From the NCBI GenBank assembly GCA_043804895.1, contig JAZDIN010000007.1, positions 1 through 40,622 of the forward strand: a stretch of DNA of 40,622 nt, read 5' to 3'. The notes beneath the pieces are model-generated. The model saw nothing but the letters and a program-made list of their open reading frames with translations. It was not told the DNA's origin and searched no databases. Numbering within the stretch: position 1 is the first letter of the stretch; each line of letters begins with the position of its first letter. The translations under genes and the position numbers were made by a program. The DNA comes from Candidatus Altiarchaeota archaeon (GTDB lineage: Archaea; Altiarchaeota; Altiarchaeia; IMC4; SCGC-AAA252-I15). This document shows positions 1-9,241 of this stretch, piece after piece.

Positions 1-1275
1 GACAAGGCCCCGCCGCACATCGAGCTGATGAGGCGCCTAGAGCTCGTCGACTACGAGCCAGCAAGCGACCCCGGCAACTTCAGATACTACCCCAAAGGGC
101 GGATGGTGAAAGCCCTACTCGAAAACTACGTCACACAGAAGGTGCTCGAATACGGCGGACTAGAGGTTGAGACTCCAATCATGTACGACCTCCAACACCC
201 GACATTGGAAAAATACCTCAACAGGTTCCCGGCGAGGCAGTACATCGTCGAAAGCGAAGACAGGAAATTCTTCCTCAGGTTCGCGGCCTGCTTCGGACAG
301 TTCCTCATGGCCCACGACGCGACCTTAAGTTACCGGAACCTCCCATTCAGGCCTTATGAATTGTCAAGGTATTCGTTCAGGCGGGAGAAGAGCGGTGAAC
401 TCACGGGCCTCAGGCGCTTGAGGGCGTTCACGATGCCTGACGTACACGCGCTCTGCGGCGGATTCGAACAGGCGATCAAGGAGTACAAGCGCAGGCTTAG
501 GCTCTGCCTGGAGACAATCGAAGGAGTCGGCTTGGCAAGGGACGATGTTGAAATGGGGGTTCGCGTGACCAGAGACTTCTATGAGGAGCACAAGGACATA
601 GTCGAAGGGCTTGCGAAGGAGTTCGGTAAACCGGTCCTCTTTGAGATGTGGGATTCGAGGATATTCTACTTCGTCCTCAAATACGAGCTAAACTTCGTAG
701 ACGCCCTTGACAAGGTATCAGCCCTCTCAACAGACCAGATTGACGTCGAAAACGGCGAACGCTACGACATAAAGTACACCGACTCGGACGGAACCCAGAA
801 GCATCCGATAATACTCCACTGCTCACCCTCAGGCGCTATCGAACGGGTGATATACGCCCTCCTGGAGAAGGCGTACATGACATCACAATCAGGGGGCACA
901 GCCAGCCTCCCAGTGTGGCTCGCACCAACCCAAATCAGGATAATACCCCTCTCAGAGAAATTCCTAGACCATTGCACTAGGATGGCCGACAGGTTCGAGG
1001 AGAAGGAAATCAGGGTAGACGTCGACGACAGGAGCGAGAGCATGGGCAAGAAGATACGCGACGCGGAAAGGGAATGGATTCCATACGTCATAGTAGTTGG
1101 AGAGAAGGAGATTGAATCAGGGAAGGTGAGCGTCAGGGTGAGAGGCGAGAAAGACCAGCAGACCATCGTCGCCGAAGCAGTCGCAGTCGACGTGAAAGAA
1201 CAAAGCAAAAACAAACCCTACAGAAGACTACCCCTACCAAGGATGCTATCACAGAGGCCGACGTTTGTCGGCTGA
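1..1275 (+). CDS. thrS: Threonyl-tRNA synthetase, archaeal type (5' truncated by window edge)
   Basis: Frame is open from base 1. Motifs [45 protein letters not shown] and a C-terminal anticodon-binding domain ([14 protein letters not shown]...KKIRDAE..WIPY). Confidence 0.97.
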   Translation, partial: DKAPPHIELMRRLELVDYEPASDPGNFRYYPKGRMVKALLENYVTQKVLEYGGLEVETPIMYDLQHPTLEKYLNRFPARQYIVESEDRKFFLRFAACFGQFLMAHDATLSYRNLPFRPYELSRYSFRREKSGELTGLRRLRAFTMPDVHALCGGFEQAIKEYKRRLRLCLETIEGVGLARDDVEMGVRVTRDFYEEHKDIVEGLAKEFGKPVLFEMWDSRIFYFVLKYELNFVDALDKVSALSTDQIDVENGERYDIKYTDSDGTQKHPIILHCSPSGAIERVIYALLEKAYMTSQSGGTASLPVWLAPTQIRIIPLSEKFLDHCTRMADRFEEKEIRVDVDDRSESMGKKIRDAEREWIPYVIVVGEKEIESGKVSVRVRGEKDQQTIVAEAVAVDVKEQSKNKPYRRLPLPRMLSQRPTFVG

Positions 1276-2133
1276 CCTATTTTTCCGCTTCAGGTACTCG
1301 CCGTACGTTACCTCCTCATCCTGCCTAACAAGGTTCTCGTCGAAGTCAGGTATCTTCCGCGGTTCTAGGAACTGCTTCGCCAACAGGACGGCGTCCCATA
1401 TAGTACCCTCCTTCCCGTCCCGCTCATATGGTGTGTACATAAGCCCCGGAAGCTTACGCTCGTAGAAGGACCGCCTCATGTCGGGGTTAGGTAGATCACC
1501 CGCATCAATGATAACCTGGTCTATGTCCCTGCGTTGAATCGTCTCCAGTCTAGGCAGTCCATGCTTTCCGATGACAGCCTCGGTGTTGGACACAAAACAG
1601 TACCCGTTTTTGGCGAAGTTGACCAACGTGGCCGGGTGCTCGGCCCGTGCGGTAAGGTAACGCACATCACACTTCAAACACAGCCTCTCCGCGACCCTGC
1701 GCATGAAATCGGCCACACCAGCAGTCTTGTACGGGTCGTAGGTTTGGACGTGCATGTCCCATCCCATGAACCCAGGATTTATGTCATGGTCTAAAATGAG
1801 CGTAAGGTCGCCAACTGCCTGCTCCCCGTCCTTTAGGTTAAAGTATGCGAAGCATTGCGGGTTCGACAAGCTAGACCTGGACATCTCCATGCTGAAGCCG
1901 TTGCCCAAGTCACATGAACCAAGGATTATGTCCTCGCGTCTTTTCACACCCCCACTCCAGAGTGTGCCGTCGATGAAGGCCTTAAGATTAGACTTTTTCA
2001 GGAGACAGTCACGCTCCGCAATCCTCCCGACGTTCTCGTCGGTCAGCACCTTCCTCAACTCCCCCACCCTCTCGTCAATGAGCGCAGCCTCATCCTTACG
2101 CCCCTTCTGAGCCTTTTTCTCCCTGGGCATCAT
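1249..2133 (-). CDS. Hypothetical protein with probable divergent GNAT-fold acetyltransferase domain
   Basis: 294-aa ORF filling the thrS-rpiA gap. Segment [18 protein letters not shown]...YLTARA...FAKNGY resembles GNAT motifs A/B. Overlaps the thrS 3' end by 27 nt. Confidence 0.5.
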   Translation of the reverse strand: MMPREKKAQKGRKDEAALIDERVGELRKVLTDENVGRIAERDCLLKKSNLKAFIDGTLWSGGVKRREDIILGSCDLGNGFSMEMSRSSLSNPQCFAYFNLKDGEQAVGDLTLILDHDINPGFMGWDMHVQTYDPYKTAGVADFMRRVAERLCLKCDVRYLTARAEHPATLVNFAKNGYCFVSNTEAVIGKHGLPRLETIQRRDIDQVIIDAGDLPNPDMRRSFYERKLPGLMYTPYERDGKEGTIWDAVLLAKQFLEPRKIPDFDENLVRQDEEVTYGEYLKRKNRSADKRRPL

Positions 2134-2206
2134 GTATCAAATAAATTAGGGAAACCTGAGGATATATCCCCTTTTTATATGCTAACCCTTTATTGTTTAA
2201 CCCAGA

Positions 2207-2896
2207 ATGGCATCAACGAAGGCTCAGGATGAGGATAAGAAGGCTGCTGCTCTCGCAGCCGTGCGAGAGGTTAAGGGCGGGATGAAGTTAGGCCTTGGGA
2301 CCGGTTCCACTGCGAACTTTTTCATAGAGGAGTTGGGGAGGCGGAAGTACCCCGGCCCGGTGGTCGCATCCTCAAAAGCCACAGAGGAGCTGGCCAAGAA
2401 GGTCGGCTTGAAACTTGTCACACTCGATAGCCTCATCAAGCCGACGATGGGCGAGGAGGAGACGATACTCGACCTCTACGTCGACGGGGCTGATGAGGCT
2501 GACAAAAGCTACAACCTAATCAAAGGCGGAGGCGGGGCGATGACAAGGGAGAAGGTCGTCGCATCAGCAGCGGCCGAGTTCATATGCATAGTCGACGAGT
2601 CAAAGCTTGTGGCGAAGATTGGAAAATTCCCGCTCCCGATCGAAGTCATACCGTTCGCGAAAACGTACGTCGCATACGAGTTGAAGGAACTCGGCGCAGA
2701 AGTGAAGGAGAGGCCGAAGTTCATAACAGATAATGGGAACATAATACTGGATGCGACGGGCCTGGACTTCAAGGACCCGCTTCAACTAGAGACGGAGCTG
2801 AACAACATACCCGGCGTAGTCGAGAACGGGATATTCGCGGTCAGGCAGCCGGAGCGCGTCATAGTCGGCAGGAAGGGGAAAGCCGAATACCTCTAA
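2207..2896 (+). CDS. rpiA: Ribose-5-phosphate isomerase A
   Basis: GLGTGSTA, DGADE, IKGGGGAMTREKVVA, TDNGNIILD and IPGVVENGIF motifs. Confidence 0.97.
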   Translation: MASTKAQDEDKKAAALAAVREVKGGMKLGLGTGSTANFFIEELGRRKYPGPVVASSKATEELAKKVGLKLVTLDSLIKPTMGEEETILDLYVDGADEADKSYNLIKGGGGAMTREKVVASAAAEFICIVDESKLVAKIGKFPLPIEVIPFAKTYVAYELKELGAEVKERPKFITDNGNIILDATGLDFKDPLQLETELNNIPGVVENGIFAVRQPERVIVGRKGKAEYL

Positions 2897-2897
2897 C

Positions 2898-3320
2898 ATG
2901 GAACAGAAACCTGATATCAACAAAATCCTGATGCAGCTTGAACTCGGGAAACGGCAGATGGACCAGATGGGCAGACAATCGCAGATGATAGAGTCCGCGA
3001 TAGCTGAACTCAACTCGACACTCGAGGCGCTCAACAGCATAAAAGACCAGAAGCCAGGCACCGAAGTCATGATGCCCCTCGGTGCAGGCTCATACATGCG
3101 GGCCGCACTCAAAGACAACGAGAACGTCATGCTCGGAATAGGCGCCGAGATGTACGTTGAGAAGAAGCTGCCTGACGCCACCGAGACCCTGAGAGAACGA
3201 GCCAAAAAACTGGCAGAATCCCATGCATCCCTCCAGAAATCGATGGCTGAACTCGGGACTAAACTCAACGCCATGAGCGGCCAAGCAGAGGAGATGATGG
3301 GCCAGGCAAGGTCCGGGTAG
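2898..3320 (+). CDS. pfdA: Prefoldin subunit alpha
   Basis: Coiled coil - beta hairpins (EVMMPLGAGSYMRA; VMLGIGAEMYVEK) - coiled coil. Lies directly upstream of ftsY, the usual archaeal context. Confidence 0.93.
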   Translation: MEQKPDINKILMQLELGKRQMDQMGRQSQMIESAIAELNSTLEALNSIKDQKPGTEVMMPLGAGSYMRAALKDNENVMLGIGAEMYVEKKLPDATETLRERAKKLAESHASLQKSMAELGTKLNAMSGQAEEMMGQARSG

Positions 3321-3323
3321 AAA

Positions 3324-4271
3324 ATGTTCGAATTCCTGAAGCAGAAACTAAGCTCCTTCGTAGGCGGAGTCAAAGACACCACAGAGCATCAGATAACCGC
3401 GGCGACGAAGATAAAGGCAGCGGTCACAGGAAAGGCCAAGCTGACTGAATCAGACGTTGAAGACACCCTATGGCAGTTGCAGACCGATTTGATGCAAGGC
3501 GACGTGTCTGTCGAAACAGCCGATTACATCATCGCTGAACTGAAGAAAAGACTAATAGGCCTTGAGGTTACGGGCGGGTCAGCCTCCGATGAGATTAAAG
3601 CGACTGTTAAATCGGTGCTGGAGGAGACGCTCACACCGAAAAAGGAAGTGAACCTCATAGAATCAGTCAGAAATGGGCCGCGCCCGTACAAGATACTACT
3701 CCTCGGCGTCAACGGGACAGGTAAGACGACGACCATGGCGAAGATAGCCCGATTACTCATGGACAACGGCTTCTCAGTGGTATTCGCAGCAGGAGACACA
3801 TTCCGCGCCGGGGCCATAGAGCAGCTCCAGGAGCACGCCCAGAGGCTCGGCGTTAAAATCGTAAGCCACAAGAAGGGAGCCGACTCCGCCGCAGTCATAT
3901 ACGACGCAATCGAACACGCGAAGGCGCGAAACATCGACGTAATACTCGCTGACACGGCCGGGCGGATGCATTCGAAGGCGAACCTCATGGACGAGCTGAA
4001 GAAGATAATCAGAGTCAACAAACCGGACATGACCCTATTCATCGGAGACGCCCTAGCAGGAAACGACGCCATAGAACAGGCCGCCACATTCGACCAAGCC
4101 GTAGGATTTGACGCAGCCATACTCGCGAAGATGGACGCGGACGCTAAGGGAGGAAGCGCACTCTCCATAGTCCACTCCACAGGAAAACCCATAATCTACA
4201 TCGGAGTAGGCCAAAAATACGAAGACCTCAAAGAATTCGACAAAAACTGGTTCATAGGAAACCTGATTTGA
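3324..4271 (+). CDS. ftsY: Signal recognition particle receptor FtsY
   Basis: GVNGTGKTTT, DTFRAGAIEQL, DTAGR and AKMDADAKGG SRP-GTPase motifs. No M domain. Confidence 0.97.
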   Translation: MFEFLKQKLSSFVGGVKDTTEHQITAATKIKAAVTGKAKLTESDVEDTLWQLQTDLMQGDVSVETADYIIAELKKRLIGLEVTGGSASDEIKATVKSVLEETLTPKKEVNLIESVRNGPRPYKILLLGVNGTGKTTTMAKIARLLMDNGFSVVFAAGDTFRAGAIEQLQEHAQRLGVKIVSHKKGADSAAVIYDAIEHAKARNIDVILADTAGRMHSKANLMDELKKIIRVNKPDMTLFIGDALAGNDAIEQAATFDQAVGFDAAILAKMDADAKGGSALSIVHSTGKPIIYIGVGQKYEDLKEFDKNWFIGNLI

Positions 4272-4275
4272 GAAG

Positions 4276-4491
4276 TCACCCCATTGGTCCACCCCCGGCC
4301 TTTTGAGCCGGGGGTGGGGGGTGGTTGGCTGAATTACCACATCTAAGTGATGTGATCCTGTCCCGCAACCCTATATTGCGGGGTTTTTTTGTTATGCGAT
4401 GGCTTTTTTTTCCCACACTTTTTTTTTGGAGTGATGTGAGAGGGATCCACCCCCAGCTTGTTCAGCTGGGGGTGGGGGGTGGTTGGGGTGA
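4276..4491. repeat. Intergenic element with two copies of a GC-rich palindrome plus G-tract, bounded by an 8-bp inverted repeat
   Basis: CCACCCCCGGC-7nt-GCCGGGGGTGG (4289-4317) and CCACCCCCAGCT-5nt-AGCTGGGGGTGG (4447-4475), each followed by GGGGTGGTTGG. TCACCCCA (4276-4283) is complementary to TGGGGTGA (4484-4491). Confidence 0.85.
4362..4390 (+). terminator. Hairpin plus T-tract terminator candidate downstream of ftsY
   Basis: CCCGCAA-7nt-TTGCGGG followed by G and T7. Further T8 and T9 runs lie at about 4404-4427. Confidence 0.6.
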
Positions 4492-4502
4492 TGTAATAAG
4501 TG

Positions 4503-4934
4503 TTACTTTACCTTGTAGTACACTTTGCGGCCTGCGTATTCTTTCTCTAGTATTCCCTCGTGGAATAGCTTGGATAGTCTCGCGCTGGCTGCGTTCTTGC
4601 CTTTGTATTTGAATTTGTCTTTGAGCTTGTCTGCGCAGACTCTGCCTTCCTTTTTGACGTATTCCAGGACTTCCACGTCCCTTTCGGAGAGTCCTGCCGT
4701 CTGGGCAGCATGCGGCGTCGTCTCCCTCTTTTCGAACTGTTCTATCTTGCTTATGAGGGAGTCTATCTTCGCGTTTAGGTTCCTGAAGATTAGGTTTGAA
4801 CTTTTGCGCTCTTCGACTAGGGAGTATAGCATCACGCCTATTGCGACTGGGTCGTTTATTTCGTTTATGGCTTGGATTACGTTTCCTGCTTGTTCCTTGA
4901 ATTCCTTCTCGTATCCGACCCCCATCTCTTTCAT
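4503..4934 (-). CDS. Coiled-coil + C-terminal winged helix-turn-helix protein (putative transcription regulator)
   Basis: LSERDVEVLEYVKKEGRVCADKL...NAASARLSKLFHEGILEKEYAGRKVYYKV is a typical wHTH with wing. It is preceded by a heptad segment. Confidence 0.8.
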   Translation of the reverse strand: MKEMGVGYEKEFKEQAGNVIQAINEINDPVAIGVMLYSLVEERKSSNLIFRNLNAKIDSLISKIEQFEKRETTPHAAQTAGLSERDVEVLEYVKKEGRVCADKLKDKFKYKGKNAASARLSKLFHEGILEKEYAGRKVYYKVK

Positions 4935-4968
4935 GACAGATATGATATTGTCATGACTCTTTAAATAC
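4931..4968 (-). promoter_or_regulatory. TATA box plus palindromic operator over the wHTH gene start
   Basis: TCATGACA-10nt-TGTCATGA (4931-4956) overlaps the ATG. TTTAAA at 4960-4965 is about 26-31 nt upstream of the start codon. Confidence 0.6.
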
Positions 4969-5019
4969 TTATCGGTTTCTCACACGATAGAATCACGCCA
5001 CACAACCTGGAGGCAGCGA

Positions 5020-5745
5020 CTACGAACTAACCCTTGCCAAACCTAAAAGCCTCTCACGGTGCTCTGGCATGAGGGCCTCCATGTAATATTGGACTTGCGA
5101 GCCTTCCCTAATGATTGCTTCGCATGCCTTGCAAACGCTCTCATCAGTCACGCCTGACTGCATGTTCTCATCCGCGATAGTCATGATAGTCCTTATGACG
5201 TCAGAGTCGACCTTCATGACAGACTCGACACTAGTCTTCTCAAACTGTGATATAATCACGGCGATGTTGCCTCTGCGCTCATCCGGGTTTGACGGTTGCA
5301 TCCGTGGTGCAGCAGGAGACGGCGCCTCAACTGGCTTGGCTGCCGGTACAGGCTTGGCAACAGCAGGCTCTACGATTCTCTCAGAATATCTTGGAGTTTT
5401 GTCCTCCACTTTCTTTTCCACTACGCTTGCGCCGCCGTACTTTATCTTGTAATAGTCCCCGATCTTCGACTCCACGTTCGCGTTCAAGTACTCGTTCACC
5501 AGGCTCCTAATCTTCGCCTCGAACTCTGGGTGTTTCCCATCGATTGTCTCGGCGATGTATTCCCTGCTTTCATCGTCCACATCCGCCATCGCGTTCAGAA
5601 GGTCTGCCGCCAAAGTTATGTTCGAGAGTTCGACAATCCTCCTCGTCCTTGCAGCTATCATCGACTTAGCCTCAGGATTCATTGAGTCGTACTCGTTCCT
5701 CGTAATCCCCTGTATCGCAAGCCCCCTGTCAGTCGGCTCGTCCAT
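5020..5745 (-). CDS. Hypothetical protein: two helical domains joined by a Pro/Ala-rich linker
   Basis: 241-aa ORF in tandem with upstream minus-strand genes. Linker PAVAKPVPAAKPVEAPSPAAP. No recognisable family. Confidence 0.7.
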   Translation of the reverse strand: MDEPTDRGLAIQGITRNEYDSMNPEAKSMIAARTRRIVELSNITLAADLLNAMADVDDESREYIAETIDGKHPEFEAKIRSLVNEYLNANVESKIGDYYKIKYGGASVVEKKVEDKTPRYSERIVEPAVAKPVPAAKPVEAPSPAAPRMQPSNPDERRGNIAVIISQFEKTSVESVMKVDSDVIRTIMTIADENMQSGVTDESVCKACEAIIREGSQVQYYMEALMPEHRERLLGLARVSS

Positions 5746-5746
5746 G

Positions 5747-6031
5747 TTAAATCCCCCCCATTATCCTCTTCAACCTGTCGAACACGCTGAACACCTTGGC
5801 TACGCTGCCGAACGACGTCTTAGCGAGCCTCATGCACGATGCAAGACTCCTCTTCAGAAGATTCCCGATAGCGGCATTAGAGTTGTTCATAAGCTGCTTC
5901 GAAACCGGGCTCATCTCCCTCGGCAACACCCCATGGGATGCCTCAACCAGTGCGGCAGCCTCGATGGGTGGCCCGACAACGTCCCTGATAGTCCTAATCT
6001 CATCAGGGTTTTCGACTCTGCTTGCTGCCAT
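5747..6031 (-). CDS. Small hypothetical protein (about 94 aa)
   Basis: Fills the gap between hpt and the 241-aa ORF with 1-nt spacing downstream. ATG at 6031 has GGAGTG upstream. The longer start at 6100 would overlap hpt. Confidence 0.5.
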   Translation of the reverse strand: MAASRVENPDEIRTIRDVVGPPIEAAALVEASHGVLPREMSPVSKQLMNNSNAAIGNLLKRSLASCMRLAKTSFGSVAKVFSVFDRLKRIMGGI

Positions 6032-6056
6032 AGTTAATACTCGCACTCCTGCTTTT

Positions 6057-6623
6057 TTAATCCGATACCTTAAGTACTCTGACCTTCTCGCCGACTTCAA
6101 TCTTCACTAGAGTCTTGACCTTGAATCCTGTCTCCTCCTCAACCTCCCTTACGCCGTCGCCGCGCTCTATCACGCACACGACATCCTTTATCAGCAGGCC
6201 AGCTGACTGGAGGGCCTTTATGACCGCGACTAACGTGCCTCCTGTGCTGACGACCGCGTCCACGATGGTCACCACATCCCCCCTCTTGACAGAGTTTATG
6301 TACATGCTGCCCTTGCTGTAGCTGGTGGTCTGGTCCAACACAATCTCCCCAGGGAGTCCATACTGTCTCTTCCTAATAATGTTGAATGGGAGGCCTGTGA
6401 GCTGGGAGACGACTGCGCATATGTGGATTCCCATAGCCTCCATTGTGACAATGTAGTCCACGTCCAGGTCCGCATGCCTTATGACCGAATCGCAGACCTC
6501 CTTCATAAGCTCAGGCCTAATCGGAGGTATGCTGTCAGTGAGTGGATGTACGAAATACCTGTACTCCCCCCTCCTAATGACCTTAGCATCCTCTAAAGAC
6601 CTTCTGAGAAGTTCAAGCGCCAT
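6057..6623 (-). CDS. hpt: Archaeal hypoxanthine/guanine phosphoribosyltransferase
   Basis: SLEDAKVIRRGEYRYFVHPLTD, EAMGIH, IRKRQYGLPGE, and PRPP loop VTIVDAVVSTGGT. Confidence 0.88.
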   Translation of the reverse strand: MALELLRRSLEDAKVIRRGEYRYFVHPLTDSIPPIRPELMKEVCDSVIRHADLDVDYIVTMEAMGIHICAVVSQLTGLPFNIIRKRQYGLPGEIVLDQTTSYSKGSMYINSVKRGDVVTIVDAVVSTGGTLVAVIKALQSAGLLIKDVVCVIERGDGVREVEEETGFKVKTLVKIEVGEKVRVLKVSD

Positions 6624-6624
6624 C

Positions 6625-7626
6625 CTAATCCTTACCCCATATCCTAGTGTTCAGGTTCAAATCCTCGACCACTTCCACAGCCAGCCTGATGTTCTCGAAG
6701 TACTCCTCAGCCTGCTTGTAGTCGACGATGCTCCTGAATATCCTCGGCTCAAAGAGGTTTTTCCCATATGGTAATGCGACGACGATGTTGTTGTTAACAA
6801 AGGAAAGGTAAATGTTCCTCCCAGTCTTCTTCCTGAATTCCATAATCCTCTGCATCAGGCTCGTGGAGAGGATGTAGCGGGCCTCAACCTGGTCGTCCCC
6901 GTACACGACGAACAGTTTCTCGAACTCCGGGTCCTCCAGCTTGATGAGCTTGTCGCGCATGAAGTTGTGGGACTGTAGCATCTTCCCAAGGACGCTGCCG
7001 AAGAGCTTCTCCGCGGTGTCTGGCAACACCACAGTCAACCCCTTAAAGTTCTTGTTGAAGTCGGCGATGATGAACAGGCCCCTGAATATCGTATGCCACT
7101 GTGTGTGCTTATGTCCTTTGCTGTCCCTTGTCTCAGTCTTATACTCTGCGTGTATCTCAGAGAACTCCATCCTCGTCTTCCCCACATTGCCGCTAACATA
7201 GTCCTCGCCGTGGAATCTGTCCGGGCTCTGAAGGAATATCCTGCTACCAACGAACGCGGAACTTGAGATTGTCTTCCCGCTCTCGTAAGTGAGGCCCTCG
7301 TCGATGAACCTCACAATCTTTGCGATAATCTGGCTCTTGAAGTCGCTCACATACCCTCCCGTAATCCTGCCGTAACCGAAGGCCCACATGGTCGCGCACA
7401 GTATGACTGGGAGGAATCCAAGACAGCAGCAAATGACGGAATATTGTGCCTCGAAGAATCTGGTCCCGATGACCAACATGATGATGGTGAACGCAATCGC
7501 AGCCAACACAGCAACAGCAAGGGCCACAACACCCAACGCCACCTTCTTCCGCCGAGCATCAAGGGCCTTCAGTTCCGGAAGAAGCTGCCCATCATACAAC
7601 GACTTAAACTCCTCAGCGGTTTTCAT
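6625..7626 (-). CDS. DUF3137-family membrane protein
   Basis: Two N-terminal TM helices. FRGLFIIADFNKNFKG, LEDPEFEKLFVVYGDDQVEARYILS and LNLNTRIW motifs. Linked to lemA. Confidence 0.85.
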   Translation of the reverse strand: MKTAEEFKSLYDGQLLPELKALDARRKKVALGVVALAVAVLAAIAFTIIMLVIGTRFFEAQYSVICCCLGFLPVILCATMWAFGYGRITGGYVSDFKSQIIAKIVRFIDEGLTYESGKTISSSAFVGSRIFLQSPDRFHGEDYVSGNVGKTRMEFSEIHAEYKTETRDSKGHKHTQWHTIFRGLFIIADFNKNFKGLTVVLPDTAEKLFGSVLGKMLQSHNFMRDKLIKLEDPEFEKLFVVYGDDQVEARYILSTSLMQRIMEFRKKTGRNIYLSFVNNNIVVALPYGKNLFEPRIFRSIVDYKQAEEYFENIRLAVEVVEDLNLNTRIWGKD

Positions 7627-7628
7627 CT

Positions 7629-8594
7629 CTATTCCTTACCCCATATTCGCGTGTTAAGATTTAAATCCTCGACGACGTCGACTGCCAACTTTATGTTGTG
7701 GAAATACTGCTCCACCTGTTTGAAATCCAGTAGACTTCTGAATATCCTCGGCTCTAAGAGGTTTTTGTAGTAGGATATGGCTATGTGGGCTGTATTGTCT
7801 ACGAATAATATGGAGAAGTCTCTTCCCGTCTTTTTTTTGAACTCTAGAATCCTTTGCATAAGGCTTGTGGATAGGATGTATCTGGCCTCGACCTGGTCGT
7901 CGCTGTAGACTACGAACGTCTTTTCGAATTCAGGGTCTTCAAGCTTAACCAGCTCACCGTTTATCGTCTCCGAGGATTGAATCTTTGAGCCTACAACTTT
8001 ACCTAAGTATCTTTCTGCAATGTCAGAAAATACCGCAGTCGTACCTTTGAATTTTTTGTTGAAGTCTGCGATAAAGAAGATGCCCTTGAAGGGGGTGTAC
8101 CACCACTTATGCCCGCGGCCTCTGCTATCTGTTATTTCAGTGTATTCCGAGGAGAGACTGTAGAATTCTATCCTCGTCTTACCTATCATACCGCTTGTAT
8201 AGTCCTCAATTTCAAATTTGGATGGATTTTGAGAGGATATACTCAGTGACTTTTTGCTTTCATAATTGAGGTCGGAATCAACGAATTTCACAATCTTTCG
8301 TATTACCTGGTCTTTGAAATCCCTGGCATATTTTCGTGTGAGCAATAAGTGTCCCACAAACCAGATGATACTGCTAAAGAACATAGACATGGGGAGTGAA
8401 CCAGCAAGCAGATAAAATGATTTGGCAGAAAAATCCATTACGAACTGGGCTAGTACGAAAAGGGGTACTAATACTGTAGCAAATGTAAGCAGCCCAACAC
8501 CGATTGCGATCTTCTTCCTTCTCGAATCCAATGTTTTCAGGTCTGGTAGTAGTTGTTCTTCGTAGAATTTCTTCAGTTCTTCTGAAGTTTTCAT
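7629..8594 (-). CDS. DUF3137-family membrane protein (tandem paralogue)
   Basis: Same motifs as the neighbour (LEDPEFEKTFVVYSDDQVEARYILSTSLMQRI; LNLNTRIWGK). TM region is divergent. Confidence 0.85.
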   Translation of the reverse strand: MKTSEELKKFYEEQLLPDLKTLDSRRKKIAIGVGLLTFATVLVPLFVLAQFVMDFSAKSFYLLAGSLPMSMFFSSIIWFVGHLLLTRKYARDFKDQVIRKIVKFVDSDLNYESKKSLSISSQNPSKFEIEDYTSGMIGKTRIEFYSLSSEYTEITDSRGRGHKWWYTPFKGIFFIADFNKKFKGTTAVFSDIAERYLGKVVGSKIQSSETINGELVKLEDPEFEKTFVVYSDDQVEARYILSTSLMQRILEFKKKTGRDFSILFVDNTAHIAISYYKNLLEPRIFRSLLDFKQVEQYFHNIKLAVDVVEDLNLNTRIWGKE

Positions 8595-9190
8595 TGCTTG
8601 TTGAATCTTTCGGGGGCGTCTGGTACTCTCCTCTCGTCTTCTTTTATGTCGAAGTAGTTTCTCCTCTTGTAGCCGATTAGGTGGGCCATGAGGTTGGTGG
8701 GTAGCATTTCGACTGAGTTGTTGTATTCTAGGACTGAGGCGTTGTAGGCCCTCCGCGCGGCTGAAATCTGCTCTTCCACGTCGTTCAAGGAGGCCTGTAG
8801 TTTCAGGAAGTTCTCGTTCGCCTTCAGTTGCGGGTAGTGTTCGACTGACACCATTATTGAGCGCAGAGCTGAGGTTAATTGGTTGTTGAGGCCGACTTTC
8901 TCATCGTCTGAGACGCCGCCTGAGAAGGCTTTAGCCCTCAACTCCGTGACTTCAGTGAGGACGGTCCTCTCATGCTTCATGTACCCCTCAACCGTGGACA
9001 CGAGGTTCGGGATTAGGTCGTATCTCTTCTTCAGGTACACGTCCACGCTCGCGAAGCTGTTGTTCACCTGATTCTTCTTGGAGACTAGGGTGTTGTACAT
9101 GAGGGCTAGGATTATCACCAACACTACTGCGATGCAGCCTCCAATGACTAAGATGGCTGTTATGGACAGCCCTACAAGCTCTACTAACAC
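8591..9190 (-). CDS. lemA: LemA family protein
   Basis: N-terminal TM, YNTLV, LKKRYDLIPNLV, YPQLKANENF, ARRAYN and PTNLMA motifs. GTG start. Confidence 0.95.
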   Translation of the reverse strand: MLVELVGLSITAILVIGGCIAVVLVIILALMYNTLVSKKNQVNNSFASVDVYLKKRYDLIPNLVSTVEGYMKHERTVLTEVTELRAKAFSGGVSDDEKVGLNNQLTSALRSIMVSVEHYPQLKANENFLKLQASLNDVEEQISAARRAYNASVLEYNNSVEMLPTNLMAHLIGYKRRNYFDIKEDERRVPDAPERFNKQ

Positions 9191-9204
9191 AATAATCCTT
9201 AGTC

Positions 9205-9222
9205 AGGGTAGTATATAATTAC
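9205..9222. promoter_or_regulatory. Candidate shared TATA element between divergent lemA and psd
   Basis: GTATATATAATT lies in the middle of a 51-bp divergent intergenic gap. Confidence 0.45.
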
Positions 9223-9241
9223 GTAATCTGATTTCTGATTC

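Noticed and set aside
2786-4192. Long antisense ORFs (198 aa, 222 aa) and similar shadow ORFs elsewhere, e.g. 16774-17463 and 22946-23647
   Set aside because: They lie opposite well-supported genes, are Ser/Phe-rich as expected from reverse-complement codon bias, and have no motifs.
4272-4502. SRP (7S) RNA next to ftsY
   Set aside because: No helix 8 GNRA/SRP54-binding motif or Alu-like domain is visible on either strand, and long T/A tracts interrupt the region.
4325-4612. 95-aa ORFs across the ftsY downstream repeat region
   Set aside because: They translate homopolymer and palindromic DNA and overlap real genes, so they are not credible proteins.
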